Shown: piece after piece, positions 1 through 10,189 of the stretch
Layout: each line of letters starts with the position of its first letter
Numbering within the stretch: position 1 is the first letter of the stretch
NCBI GenBank assembly: GCA_963808625.1
Contig: CAWEHK010000030.1
Location: forward strand, 32,001-96,000
Direction: 5' to 3'
Length of the DNA stretch: 64,000 bases
Origin: an uncultured delta proteobacterium
GTDB lineage: Bacteria > Desulfobacterota > Syntrophobacteria > Syntrophobacterales > Syntrophobacteraceae
Position numbers and translations under genes: made by a program
The notes under the pieces: model-generated
The model's input: the letters and a program-made list of their open reading frames with translations, nothing else
Databases searched by the model: none
Told to the model about the DNA's origin: nothing

Positions 1-61
1 GCAGTTCGATCTGGGTCGAATCGGCGCGATCAAAAGCAATGACCAAAGGCTCACTTGGCAT
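1..61 (-). CDS. 5' part of a CDS running off the window (MPSEPLVIAFDRADSTQIEL...), product unknown
   Basis: ATG at 61 with GGAGG upstream; co-directional with the YdjC gene; only 20 codons visible. Confidence 0.55.
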   Translation of the reverse strand, partial: MPSEPLVIAFDRADSTQIEL

Positions 62-113
62 GGGCTTCCTCCCCGGCTCGAGCTCAGACAGCGCTGCGCT
101 CTGCACCACCGCG

Positions 114-878
114 TTAAAGTTCGTCATAGGTAATCAGCCTGACCGGGAACGGCAGGTCTTGAGGCCTCCAGGATGACAGGAGCGCGGTTTCCTCGGCAAA
201 CTTCTCATTCCCCGGATGAACCATCAATTCCAGTGTAGCATAAGGCAGTTCACCATGCCTGGCAACCTCCAGGAATGTGGCGAAATCGGTAAAACATGCC
301 GTGGTCCTCGTGCGGTAGAGGTTTCTCAGGGCGAAATTCCAAACGGCTTTTCCGTACAGAAGAAGGGGTGAGGGGAAGACTTTGCCGGGCGCATAGAGGT
401 TCTTGGATATGCGCACTTTCCTGATGCCGAAACGGCGCTGCAGGCGCTTCAAGATTCCAAAAAACCGGGGCTGAGTGTGGATGTACTGGTGCGAATCCAG
501 GTGGCTTATGCTGATCCCGTGCTGTTGCAGACGCTCGACCTGGGCACACAGTTCACGAAAGATCCCCTCGAGCACGCTGCAGGGCAAGTGTCCATAGCTT
601 GCCAATTTCCTGAAATTGCCCGCGTCATCCAGCAATGGCTCCAGCATGCGGCTGGGGCAAAGAGGGCGTCCGCCGGTCAGGTTCAGATGGACGCCGAATG
701 AGAGGCTGCTCCTCGCGTGCGCAAGGGCAACCGCTTCCGCCCAGCAGGGACCGTTGGCCATGATCGTTGCCGAGGTAACCAGGCCCGCTTCCATGAGGGC
801 CCGGGCGCCGTCGTTTACCTGACGGCTCCAACCGAGGTCGTCGGCGTTAACAATGATCCGTTTCGTGGGAGCGGCCAT
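114..878 (-). CDS. ChbG/HpnK/YdjC-family carbohydrate deacetylase
   Basis: Motifs IIVNADDLG, GVHLNLT, SHLDSHQYIH, ELMVHPG. Confidence 0.9.
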   Translation of the reverse strand: MAAPTKRIIVNADDLGWSRQVNDGARALMEAGLVTSATIMANGPCWAEAVALAHARSSLSFGVHLNLTGGRPLCPSRMLEPLLDDAGNFRKLASYGHLPCSVLEGIFRELCAQVERLQQHGISISHLDSHQYIHTQPRFFGILKRLQRRFGIRKVRISKNLYAPGKVFPSPLLLYGKAVWNFALRNLYRTRTTACFTDFATFLEVARHGELPYATLELMVHPGNEKFAEETALLSSWRPQDLPFPVRLITYDEL

Positions 879-919
879 TTTTTTATACTTATTTGAGTTT
901 GAGAAGTTACCTTTTTTGA

Positions 920-994
920 TTCACGCGGAGGCGCGGAGATCGCGGAGAAAGACCATTGACATAAGGCTCTGCGTCCTCTGCGCCTCCGCGTGAA
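920..994. repeat. Intergenic palindrome of the CGCGGAG/CGCAGAG family
   Basis: TTCACGCGGAGGCGC (920) pairs with GCGCCTCCGCGTGAA (980-994); relatives near 2681-2980, 7305-7366, 16801-16875. Confidence 0.8.
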
Positions 995-1116
995 AATGAA
1001 GCCTTTGACCTTCGCGAGTACAACATCCTCTCGCAAAGCTCCACCGAACAGTGTCAACCGTATCCCCGGTCGTCCATGCAATGCTTCTGGTTGTACTCAT
1101 TTCAGTCCTTTTTCGA

Positions 1117-1180
1117 ACCACGAAGAACACGAAGACACAGCACGAAGAAATCACTTCGTGTCCTTCGTGTTCTTCGTGGT
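1117..1180. repeat. Intergenic palindrome of the CACGAAG family
   Basis: ACCACGAAGAACACGAAG ... CTTCGTGTTCTTCGTGGT; relatives at 32962-33208 and 35788-36012. Confidence 0.8.
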
Positions 1181-1193
1181 AAAGACAGGCCCT

Positions 1194-2402
1194 CTATTTC
1201 TGGACGCCCCCTTGGAGACCCTTGCCTGGTTCAGGCAGGAGGTGGTGATCCAGAATGTAGGCGGCTATTATCTCCGCCGCGGCATCGTGCCCTGCCTGGG
1301 AAAAATGAGCGTCAGACTCCAGGTAATACTTTGCCATGTCGGCTTCGAAGAACGGGTATAGATCGATAACGTTGGTGATGCCTGTTTCATGGCAAAGGTC
1401 CTTAAGGACTCTCCTTCTCTCTCCGTTGTCATAGTTCCCTATGTACTCGGGAATCATGACCAGGATAAGCTCGGCCCCAAGTTCCCGGCACTTATTCTTC
1501 ATCTTGGTGAGATAGTCTCTTGTCACCTGTTCCTCTTCCTGCGTTACGCGATAGGCGGCAGGGTCAGCGATGCCGAAAGACAAAATCGAATTGATGGATA
1601 GTTTGGGCTTTGTCATATCGATGATCGTTCTTACCGTTGGGAAATTGATTCCCAACTGCCTCACGGTTCGCTCGATGAACGTCATGCTGTCACCAAATTT
1701 ATCGACCCGTATCAATTGAGCCAGGGAATAAGGAGACAGTCTTTTCGTTTCGGCGATGTGAACATATCTATTGAGTTCGCTATCGCTTAATGTAGCTGTC
1801 TTACCGGACCAAGTTATCGTATTATAAACCAAATAATTTTTTATCACTCTTACGTTGTTGAACGGAATAAGATTGTCATGAAAATCATTCCCAAGGAAAA
1901 AAGCAGTAATGACTATATTGGGATTAACAAGACTGGCATATGTATGCAAAACACCATATTCATTGGATGTTCCATATCCCGGAACCCCCATGTTGAAAAC
2001 AATTAATGGTCTATCTACTTTATGTTGGAGCGTGGTATCGATCAGTTTGGGATAGGGGACACGGACCCTCCCTCCGAAAGTGAAAGAATCCCCGAGGGCG
2101 ATAATCCTGTAGGATCTATGATCAAGCTCCACCAGGTCGTAGGCTTGGTCTCTAAACCCCAGGTTGTTGATGGAGACGATGAAACTCCCTGAATCATCGC
2201 TTCGCGTGACGTCCTGGTTTGGCAGTAGCGTGTAACCAATCGTGTCGTCTTCTTTATATGAAAACACCGTACCATCGTAGTTTTGCTTTAGAATGATTCC
2301 CGTTTTAGCAAAGAATAATATGAAAGCACCAATCATTATAACAGATATGCAAAGGCCGATGCACAGTGCCATTATATTTTTAATAACATTTGTCAAGACC
2401 AT
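1194..2402 (-). CDS. Membrane-anchored SGNH/GDSL hydrolase
   Basis: N-terminal hydrophobic helix; INNLGFRD, ALGDSFTFG, NMGVPGYG, FFLGNDF, DAHFSQAGH blocks; AT-richer than neighbours; start taken at ATG 2402. Confidence 0.85.
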   Translation of the reverse strand: MVLTNVIKNIMALCIGLCISVIMIGAFILFFAKTGIILKQNYDGTVFSYKEDDTIGYTLLPNQDVTRSDDSGSFIVSINNLGFRDQAYDLVELDHRSYRIIALGDSFTFGGRVRVPYPKLIDTTLQHKVDRPLIVFNMGVPGYGTSNEYGVLHTYASLVNPNIVITAFFLGNDFHDNLIPFNNVRVIKNYLVYNTITWSGKTATLSDSELNRYVHIAETKRLSPYSLAQLIRVDKFGDSMTFIERTVRQLGINFPTVRTIIDMTKPKLSINSILSFGIADPAAYRVTQEEEQVTRDYLTKMKNKCRELGAELILVMIPEYIGNYDNGERRRVLKDLCHETGITNVIDLYPFFEADMAKYYLESDAHFSQAGHDAAAEIIAAYILDHHLLPEPGKGLQGGVQK

Positions 2403-2429
2403 AAGGTCGTCCTGGTTGCAAGCTTGCCT

Positions 2430-2577
2430 AGTACAGCGCCACAAAATGGGTATTCATTCATAGAGCCTCGTTATGCCCGCGAAGGCGGGCACCCAGGCTT
2501 TTATTCTGGATTCCCGCCAGAAGCATGCGGGAATGACGCCCGGTGATTATGGTCACATAATTCTGTGGCGCTGTACT
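2430..2577. mobile_element. MITE-like element with 14-bp terminal inverted repeats
   Basis: AGTACAGCGCCACA (2430-2443) / TGTGGCGCTGTACT (2564-2577) enclosing ATTCCCGC...GCGGGAAT hairpins. Confidence 0.65.
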
Positions 2578-2680
2578 CATAACCGCTAGGCTGAAAACAC
2601 TCATTTTGGTTGACTTAAAAATTAACCACAGTCAATCATGTCACTTCGGGACCCCCGAAGACACATGAAAAGAAACTTTT

Positions 2681-2980
2681 CACAGCAGAGCACGCAGAGA
2701 TGGCAGAGAAAGCCAATGATTCTCTCTGCAGCCTCTGTGATATTAATGCCGAGTTTCTTGTTTTTTTGCCAAGATTTTCTTTGGAACCTCTTGGGATCGT
2801 TAAAATTCCCACCCAATTTTGGTTGCGGCTACGCCGCGCTGTGCACTCTGCCCTGCTAACATTCAGTTTCTTAAAATTCAGACAAGAGTTTTCTTTGGCT
2901 CTTTGTTTCTCTGCGTCCTCTGCGCTCTCTGCGGTTAATTCTTTTGGTTGCGGCTACGCCGCGCTGTGTCCTCTGTGGTG
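2681..2980. repeat. Composite repeat tract
   Basis: TTTGGTTGCGGCTACGCCGCGCTGTG occurs twice (about 2818 and 2944), plus CGCAGAG/CTCTGCG arms. Confidence 0.7.
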
Positions 2981-3017
2981 GAAAAGCAGACATTTGGACC
3001 TTGACGCATGGAGCACG

Positions 3018-4880
3018 TTAATCCGGTTCAAACTGCTTTTCCCAGTCAGCGTCGTCCTGCCGGTCGGGCTGTTGAGACTTCGTAAACAGAAAATTCTCCA
3101 TGACGAGATAGTCCATTTCGGTCCTCATGAAACAGCGGTAAGCGTCGTCCGGGGTGCAGACGATGGGTTCCCCCCTGACATTGAAGCTGGTGTTCACCAC
3201 CAGTCCGCAGCCGGTCTTCTCCTTGAATGCCCGGATCAGTTGCCAGAATCGGTCATTGGTATGTTTGTTCACGGTTTGCACCCGGGCTGAGAAATCCACA
3301 TGGGTTACCGCCGGGATATCGGATCGCTGCTGATAAAGTCTTCCCCAAACGCCCAGCTGGTCGGTGTTTTCGGGAAGGGGGCAGCGCCTGCTTTGGCGGA
3401 CGGGGGCAACGAGGAGCATGTAGGGCGAGGGTCGGTCCAGCTCAAAATAATCGCCGCAGTCCTCTTCCAGAACGGCCGGCGCAAAGGGCCGAAAGCCTTC
3501 GCGGTACTTGATCTTCAGGTTCAGCTTCTTTTGCATCTCGGGATCGCGGGGGTCACCCAGGATGCTGCGATTGCCCAGGGCCCGAGGTCCAAACTCCATC
3601 CGCCCCTGGAACCAACCGACGACGTTTCCCCCCGCCAACAATTCGGCAACATCCCGGCACAGGTCATCGACGGCAGCGTATTGTCGAAACGGCGCCCGGC
3701 GCCTTCGTGCCAGCCTCAGAATATCGGCAGGACCGAACTCGGGACCGACATAGGTGCCCCGCATGGCGTCCCGGCCGGAAATGACCTTGCGTTCCCGGCC
3801 CTGCCCGACATGCCAGGCGGCGTAGGCCGCTCCCAGGGACCCGCCCGCATCCCCGGCCGCAGGCTGTACCCAAAGGTCCCGGAACAGGCCCGACCGCAAA
3901 ATCTTTCCATTCGCCACGCAGTTCAGGGCCACGCCTCCCGCCAGCACGAGGTGGTCGGAGCCGGTCAGTTCCCGCGCGGTATGGCTCAGCCGCAGGATGA
4001 TCTCTTCCGTGACTTGTTGAATGGCAAGGGCCAGATCCATATAGGGTTGGGTCAGCTCATCCCCTGGCATCCTCCTCGGGATGCCAAAAAGCTCCTGCCA
4101 TCTGGCTTCATGGCACATGGTCAGGCCCGTGGCAAAGTTGAAGTAAGCCATGTTCAGCAGCAGCGAGCCGTCGGGACGGACATCCACCAGTTCGTCCCGG
4201 ATTTTGCTGCGATAAGCCCTCATCCTTTCGGAGTCGGCGTTGCCGTAGGGTGCCAGCCCCATCAGCTTGTATTCGCCGCTGTTCACCTTGAAGCCGCAAT
4301 AGAAGGTAAAGGCCGAATAGAGGAGTCCTACGGAGTGAGGGAAGTCGAGCTGGCGCAAGATCTTGATCTGGTTTGCGCGGCCATGCCCCACGGTCGCGGT
4401 AGCCCACTCACCGACGCCGTCAATGGTGAGGATGGCCGCTTCCTCGAAAGGCGATGGATAAAAGGCGCTGGCGGCGTGCGAAAGATGATGCTCCGGGAAG
4501 AGCAGCCTCGGGGTGCCGGGTGCAATCTTCCCCAGTTCCTCCTTGAGCAGCCGGCGCATAAACAGTTTCTCCTTGATCCAGACGGGGATGGCCGCAAGAA
4601 AGCTTGGCAGCCCTCGGGGGGCAAAGGCATGGTAAGTTTCGAGGAGTCGTTCAAACTTGAGGTACGGCTTGTCGTAAAAGGCGACGGCCAGGAGCTCATC
4701 GAGGCCGGCAATGCCGGCCTCGTCCAGGACGTATTGCGCAGCGTTCGTGGGGAAGGAGGGGTCATGCTTCCGGCGCGTGAAGCGCTCTTCATGAGCGGCG
4801 GCAAGAATCTCACCGTCCCCCAGCAGGGCTGCAGCACTATCGTGGTAATAGGCGGAAATCCCCAGAACGAACTGCGCCAT
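3018..4880 (-). CDS. O-carbamoyltransferase, NodU/CmcH (SxtI-like) family
   Basis: LGISAYYHDSAAAL, EHHLSHAASAF, DGVGE, GEYKLMGLAPYG, GRMEFGPRALGNRS, NTSFNVRGEP. Confidence 0.95.
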   Translation of the reverse strand: MAQFVLGISAYYHDSAAALLGDGEILAAAHEERFTRRKHDPSFPTNAAQYVLDEAGIAGLDELLAVAFYDKPYLKFERLLETYHAFAPRGLPSFLAAIPVWIKEKLFMRRLLKEELGKIAPGTPRLLFPEHHLSHAASAFYPSPFEEAAILTIDGVGEWATATVGHGRANQIKILRQLDFPHSVGLLYSAFTFYCGFKVNSGEYKLMGLAPYGNADSERMRAYRSKIRDELVDVRPDGSLLLNMAYFNFATGLTMCHEARWQELFGIPRRMPGDELTQPYMDLALAIQQVTEEIILRLSHTARELTGSDHLVLAGGVALNCVANGKILRSGLFRDLWVQPAAGDAGGSLGAAYAAWHVGQGRERKVISGRDAMRGTYVGPEFGPADILRLARRRRAPFRQYAAVDDLCRDVAELLAGGNVVGWFQGRMEFGPRALGNRSILGDPRDPEMQKKLNLKIKYREGFRPFAPAVLEEDCGDYFELDRPSPYMLLVAPVRQSRRCPLPENTDQLGVWGRLYQQRSDIPAVTHVDFSARVQTVNKHTNDRFWQLIRAFKEKTGCGLVVNTSFNVRGEPIVCTPDDAYRCFMRTEMDYLVMENFLFTKSQQPDRQDDADWEKQFEPD

Positions 4881-4889
4881 GTTCGCTCC

Positions 4890-5039
4890 CTAGAACAGCG
4901 TATAGATGAAGGGAGCAAGAGCGGAGCCGCCCGCCAAAATTATCAGCGCCCCAAAAAGGAACAGGGTGAGGATTATCGGCAGCAGCCAGTATTTCTTCCT
5001 GGCCTTCATGAATCCCCATAAATCATTCAGAAAATCCAT
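4890..5039 (-). CDS. DUF5989 (SxtK-like) small membrane protein, 49 aa
   Basis: Manual translation MDFLNDLWGFMKARKKYWLLPIILTLFLLGALIILAGGSALAPFIYTLF; characteristic RKKYWLLP...APFIYTLF; too short for the ORF track. Confidence 0.9.
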   Translation of the reverse strand: MDFLNDLWGFMKARKKYWLLPIILTLFLFGALIILAGGSALAPFIYTLF

Positions 5040-5056
5040 GCTCCCCTTCCCAACGG

Positions 5057-5464
5057 TCAATAAGGCTTATCGAGATCGGCAGGCTCGAATGAGTGGTCAC
5101 GACGCTTAAAAACGGATGAGTCATCCTTCTTCCACTGATTAAGAGAAAGAGAATCCAGGCCTGCAAGTCTTCGGAAAACTCCAACCGGTACTACCATGCA
5201 TACAAACAAGATGGATAGAATTATTGCGGAGGTCGCTTTTCCTAACATGTGTGAGAAAGCTATCCATATCTTAGCTATTGGTTTAAAAATAGGGCATGCC
5301 AGCAAATTTAGAAACAGAACTGCCGCAGCCAATGGTAATAATGAGGGATTATTTAGATAGTAAGTCAGCAATAAGCATATCAAGGCTATGATCATCCCAG
5401 TGTCTTTTGCTTCTTCTCTGGTTACGCCCGAAAAGAACGACACACTCTTTTTCAACTCGTTCAT
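5057..5464 (-). CDS. SxtJ-family membrane protein
   Basis: AKDTGM, hydrophobic segments, VPVGVFRRLAGLDSL...W...SVF; adjacent to DUF5989 and the carbamoyltransferase. Confidence 0.85.
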   Translation of the reverse strand: MNELKKSVSFFSGVTREEAKDTGMIIALICLLLTYYLNNPSLLPLAAAVLFLNLLACPIFKPIAKIWIAFSHMLGKATSAIILSILFVCMVVPVGVFRRLAGLDSLSLNQWKKDDSSVFKRRDHSFEPADLDKPY

Positions 5465-5626
5465 TGGTAATCCCTCAGGTCCCTGACAGCCGTGTTCTTT
5501 GTTCCTGGTCTCTTTGTTCCTCTCCTTAACCATTTTTCCAGACCCGTCCGATTCGAGGCATGGAATGATACAATGGTGAACCTACTTTATACCGAAACGA
5601 GAGAAAAAAACCCATAGCGAGGAGTC

Positions 5627-6571
5627 TTAGAAACGGGAGCGGACCATTTTCTTCACCGTTGATTTGAGGCGCAGCTTGGCGAGCAGCGTAACAACAAACC
5701 TTGATGCCGTGTGCAGAACCAGGTGCATCACCGCTGCTGCCAGATGCTTTGAACCCGTGCGGAGATAGATGACGTCGCCGCAATCTTTGCAGGCATTGGC
5801 GAAGGCCCTTTTGTGCTCCCCTTCGCCAACGCAAAGATCGTACACTTCCAGGCGCCGCTCCTGGAAGAGGCGACGAATGATATAGTATTGCAGGACAATG
5901 CCCGGCGACAGCTTTGCGAATGCGGGGTCGTAGCCCACGAAGTCGTAAAGAAAAACGCGGTTGTCCAAAACCGGCCCCAATACATAAGAAACCGGCCTGG
6001 TCCCGGCAAAGAGAAGATACCCGCGGACGCCACCAGTCCGTGCCAGGGTCGCGATCGTACTTTGAAATTCTGCGTCACCCGGCAGACCCTGGGCCAGCAT
6101 GCGCTCCTGAAAGGTCCTGGCGGATATCCGGCGAGCGTAGGGCCAAAATTCCGCGATCTCCTCCGGCGTGGCAAACTCGCGAAAGCTGGTGTCACGACCG
6201 TAAAGGCTTTCGAATTTTCGGACCTTGCGCAGGAGCGTCGCTCGTCTCCTGGCGCTGAATGCGGCGAGATAATCGTCAAAGCCGCCCTGCCGCTGAATGT
6301 AGTAATGGCGGTACTCCGTGGTAAGGTACCGGACGAACCCCCCAACCCGTGCCAGCCGCGGCAGATTTCCCGGGAGGGGGCAGGAACGGATGAAGGCCGC
6401 CTCGAGTCCATGCTGCTCGAGTTCCGTTTCCGGCGCCTGCAAGGAAAGGGCAGGAGAGGCGTCGAGGAAGCTCTCCTGGTGCACCAGGGCCGGGATCGTG
6501 TAACGGAACAGAACGAACTCCCCCAGGCGAAACTTCAAAACAATCTCTCCGGGCTCCCATCTGACACCCAT
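5627..6571 (-). CDS. GNAT-family acetyltransferase (Acetyltransf_6, CelD/BcsL-like)
   Basis: FDDYLAAFSARRRATLLRKVRKF, GYDPAFAKLSPGIVL, YDLCVGEGEHK. Confidence 0.85.
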   Translation of the reverse strand: MGVRWEPGEIVLKFRLGEFVLFRYTIPALVHQESFLDASPALSLQAPETELEQHGLEAAFIRSCPLPGNLPRLARVGGFVRYLTTEYRHYYIQRQGGFDDYLAAFSARRRATLLRKVRKFESLYGRDTSFREFATPEEIAEFWPYARRISARTFQERMLAQGLPGDAEFQSTIATLARTGGVRGYLLFAGTRPVSYVLGPVLDNRVFLYDFVGYDPAFAKLSPGIVLQYYIIRRLFQERRLEVYDLCVGEGEHKRAFANACKDCGDVIYLRTGSKHLAAAVMHLVLHTASRFVVTLLAKLRLKSTVKKMVRSRF

Positions 6572-7242
6572 TAACCACCGTCTCCAAGTGATTCTTCAAG
6601 GTCGTTGACAATAAGAACGCTATTGGCCTTTTTCGCGGCGACTTTGAAACCGTTTCGGGCATTGAAATGGAGCCACTCGAACTTGTCCGCCCGGACGTAG
6701 GCTTCTGCCCTGCGGATCCCAAGTTTGCGAAGTTCCCTCAGGTGATGATACTGGAGTCTGCCCCCAAGGCCTGCGCCTCGGAAGGCGGGCAGGATCGTGG
6801 TATCGACGAGCCTTGCGGTGTGGCTTCCATCTCTTCCCCAATGATCATAACCCGCCGTCGGCAAACTCTCCAACTCCGGCCCGTTCTGCTCGATACCGGT
6901 CGATTTCCCCTTTCTCTCCTTGCGGTTTCGGTATTTCTGCAAGCACAAACCGGCGAGTATTCTGATTCCCGTCGCCGGATGTTCCCTGAGAAAGGAAAGC
7001 CAGTAGCCTCGCGAATCGATCACCCCGATCGACCAGCCAACGATCCTGCCGCGTGCTCTAACCAGCATGATGTGAGGTCCCCTCCCATGGAGCGCATCCT
7101 CGATGAAGGCCCGGTAGAGGGCCGGGTCCACGCATCCTGCCAGACTGATCCGCTCGTGCAGCAGCAACTGCGCCAGCAAAGCGCCGTCACCTGCGGTCAC
7201 GGGGCCGTACTGCAACTCCTCATACGGGTCGCCTTTCATCAT
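6571..7242 (-). CDS. GNAT-family acetyltransferase
   Basis: AcCoA-binding motif ILPAFRGAGLGGRL; C-terminal HFNARNGF. Confidence 0.75.
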   Translation of the reverse strand: MMKGDPYEELQYGPVTAGDGALLAQLLLHERISLAGCVDPALYRAFIEDALHGRGPHIMLVRARGRIVGWSIGVIDSRGYWLSFLREHPATGIRILAGLCLQKYRNRKERKGKSTGIEQNGPELESLPTAGYDHWGRDGSHTARLVDTTILPAFRGAGLGGRLQYHHLRELRKLGIRRAEAYVRADKFEWLHFNARNGFKVAAKKANSVLIVNDLEESLGDGG

Positions 7243-7269
7243 CCTTGTCTCTTCGGTGAATCCCTTTTG

Positions 7270-9062
7270 TCAGCCCTGCGAAGGCCGAAATCCTTCTTGT
7301 ATACCGCAGAGACGCAGAGAATTGCCGTCGCCGGTCCTTCTCCGCGCTCTCCGCGCCTCCGCGTGAGCCACTATCCAAAAGCGGCCAAAAAAGGGAGCAT
7401 GATTGGAAGTAAAAATAGGAGGATCTCTCCTGATGATCGAGGCAACGGCAGGATGCCTCTTGAATTCCTTGTCCAGGAACTGCCTCACCATGGCCCGATG
7501 CCAGCCGCGGGGATGATGGAAATCCGCGTACAGGGCGAGATCGCCGTCATAGTGCATTTTCGTTTCCAACGCTTGTGCCTCTTGCCCATAAATGGGCAGA
7601 TTGAAGATCGCCAGGTTGAGGAAACCGATTTGATCGGCGTGCCGCACCGTGAATTCAAGCGTCTTGCGCGCCTCCTGCAGGGTCTCGGAAGGCGTCCCGA
7701 AAAGCAGGTAAACATAGGTTGCGATGCCCGCCTTTCTGAGGTTTTTCAGGGCCGATGACACGATCTCCAGGTCGATTCCTTTGTGTTCATTGTCGAGTAC
7801 TCTTTGATCTCCGGATTCAATCCCGAGCTGCAGCATGGTGCATCCCGAACGTTTCAGCGCGCCTGCAGAAATCGGGGTCGGCAAGATCGCGCGTCACCCG
7901 GGCAAATCCATACCATGGTGCTCCCGGCGGATGCTCGGAAAGCGCCCTCAGCAGCGGGGGACTCATGGCATTGTCGAGCACATGCAGCAGCACGGGCTTC
8001 GTGCTCCTGACCAGCAACCGGAGGTCTTTCACCGCCTGCTCAGCAGGGATCGGCACATAAGGACTGCCTTCCGCCCGCTCCGGACAGAAGGCGCATTTGT
8101 TCCAGTAGCAGCCGGTCGCTGAACTGTAAGGCAGGATGAAGCCCGGAGCAAAATAGGGGGAGTGATGAGTGGTGAGTGATGAGTGGTGGGTGCTGAGTGC
8201 TGAGTGCTGAGTGCTGAGTGCTGGGTGGTGAGGGGGTGTGGGGGCGATCCGGAGGCGATTCCCAATGTCCGAAGGTGGCGTTTCGGGAGGGCGAAAGGAG
8301 GAAACAAAATTGTAGTTGGGGATGAGCCGTGCCGGCGTGAGATTGCCGGCGCCGGCAAGGTTGAGCAGGGCTTCCTCTCCCGGCCCTGCCACCAGGTGAT
8401 CCACGAGCCCAAGGAAAGGGTCCTTCCAACCCGGCCGTCTCATCCATGAGGTCACCAGCCCTCCCCCCAGAACGATGGCAACTTTCGGGAATTTGCTCCT
8501 CAGAAAACCGACTATCGCGAAGGTGCTGAGAGCCTGGCTGAGATAATTCAGGGATATTCCCATCAGGGTTGGTTCTTCAGTTTCGCATGAGCGTGCTGAG
8601 CCGCTCTTGAAAGTAGGGGAAGAAGGGGTTCTCCGCAGGGTTCTCTGCAGCCTGGATGAGATCGCTGCTCCTCACCGGGGAGCGTCTTCGATCCTGGTAA
8701 TTTGCCAGGCTTAGCTGAACGTCATAGGATGGTGCGGACTTCTCAAACACGCGATTCAAGTCTGCCACCGCCCGCTGGTAGCGGTCGAAGCTCTGGTAGG
8801 TGTTTAAGTCCCTGAGGCGGCTCAAGTTTTTTGAAAGACCGCGAGCGGCCCGCTGCGTCCACCGGTCCGCGGCGGTCACCTTATCACCCATGAGACTGAG
8901 GAGACCCTCGAGATTCATGTCTATAGCGGTGAATGGTATCTCATGGTGGTGGAGCGCGCCACCAAGTCTGGCAATGCCGGCTGGGGGTTCACAAGGTTTT
9001 GCCACCGGTGGGTAAACCAGAAGGACAGGGCTCTTCCGATGAGGCATCCGTGGTGTCCTCAT
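7270..9062 (-). CDS. Radical SAM protein, B12-binding-domain type (frameshifted; joined from 8577-9062, 7817-8563, 7270-7884)
   Basis: LVYPPVAKPCEPPAGIA; GISLNYLSQ, VLGGG; CxxxCxxC in GCYWNKCAFC; LQLGIESG; YLLFGTPSET. Confidence 0.85.
8160..8232. repeat. Heptamer tandem repeat (TGAGTGC/TGAGTGA) inside the radical SAM CDS
   Basis: Translates in frame as HPALSTQHSALSTHHSSLTTHHS. Confidence 0.85.
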
Positions 9063-9305
9063 ACAATCAACAGGGTTGGCAGGAACTTCCCGACGAAGTA
9101 TCTTGTTTTATGCTAACCTGCTCATTAGAATGCATAACATAAATCATTGTGACTCTCACGGCTCAACATCGAAGATCCCTAGCGCCAGGGGCTGCCATCC
9201 GGTCGTCGTTAGCAGCATGCTGTAAGTCCGACGACGTTGGCGCTTGGACACTGAGGTCAAGGCCATGAAATGCATTATCGCAAAAACAAGGGAAGCGTCT
9301 GCGAT

Positions 9306-9530
9306 ATGAAGAAGATGTGGCTGCGAATCAAGGAGCAATACCAGCGGGATGAGCTGCGGCAACGACTGGCAGAAATCGGCAGGGTTGAAGACGATCCCGC
9401 CGATCCCCGCCGGTTGGTGATCACCTTTCACAATCAGTCGGAAAGCGGCTTGCTCATGGCAGGCTTTCGCCTCTCCCAGGAGTTCATCGAGTACCTCGAC
9501 GATTTTGATATGATCCGGGAGGATGGATAG
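9306..9530 (+). CDS. Small hypothetical protein
   Basis: MKKMWLRIKEQYQRDEL...; plausible composition; family not recognised. Confidence 0.55.
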   Translation: MKKMWLRIKEQYQRDELRQRLAEIGRVEDDPADPRRLVITFHNQSESGLLMAGFRLSQEFIEYLDDFDMIREDG

Positions 9531-9619
9531 CCCGCGTTGGCGGGCAGGGGCGTCCCGCGTTGCCGCGCGGCAACTGGCCTGCCGCATTTTGGGAAAGGCA
9601 CCCGGGACGGCACCCCGCT

Positions 9620-9892
9620 TCATTCGGCTGTCGTCGGGTCGATCACCTCACGGACCTCGGCTACCTTGTTTGCAGGGAAGCCTCCCTGCTGAGCATGCTC
9701 GCGAACCATGGCCTCGTTGGGAGCAATGTAGACACAGTAAATCTTGTCGTCGGTAACAAAGCTCTGTACCCATTGAATCTCCGGCCCCAGCTTCTGCAAG
9801 ATGCTGCAGGACTTTCCGGAAATGCTCCGGAGCTCCTCTTTGGAAAGCTTGCCGGCTCCTGGGATTTCGCGTTCTATGACATACTTAGGCAT
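9620..9892 (-). CDS. DUF4242 (SCO4226-like) protein
   Basis: MPKYVIEREIPGAG...IQWVQSFVTDDKIYCVYIAPNEAMVREHAQQGGFPAN. Confidence 0.9.
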   Translation of the reverse strand: MPKYVIEREIPGAGKLSKEELRSISGKSCSILQKLGPEIQWVQSFVTDDKIYCVYIAPNEAMVREHAQQGGFPANKVAEVREVIDPTTAE

Positions 9893-10189
9893 GACGGTTC
9901 TCCTCTTTCGACTGGTGACATGACCTCGGGGCGGTGCTCCGGCCTTCTGTTTCACGGCATCCATAGAAGACCGCGTTTTCAAGAGTGGGCAAAAAACCTT
10001 GCCCATCGCTCCCCTACCGGTATACTTTTTCCCTTACCGTGAAGCGTCGTTGATTATACCGACCGGGATCGTTATCGGCAACGTTTGGCGGAAAAGATCG
10101 GCCCCTTGACGGATAACTTTCTTCTCTCTTCGTCTTCGCGGCAATCACTGCAACGGGGCTTTTTCAGACTTTTTGGCCACCCTTATTTA

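Noticed and set aside
3300..5021. Long antisense ORFs (also 33207-34766, 37366-38787, 45953-47362, 49986-51434)
   Set aside because: They are shadows of well-supported genes on the opposite strand, as expected in GC-rich DNA.
3018..5464. Saxitoxin biosynthesis cluster
   Set aside because: Only the sxtI/J/K-like module is present; no sxtA, sxtG or other core genes in the window.
9160..9245. attC-like site (GCTCAAC ... GTTAGC/GTTGGCG)
   Set aside because: The outer boxes resemble attC, but the inner L boxes do not pair convincingly and the site is isolated.
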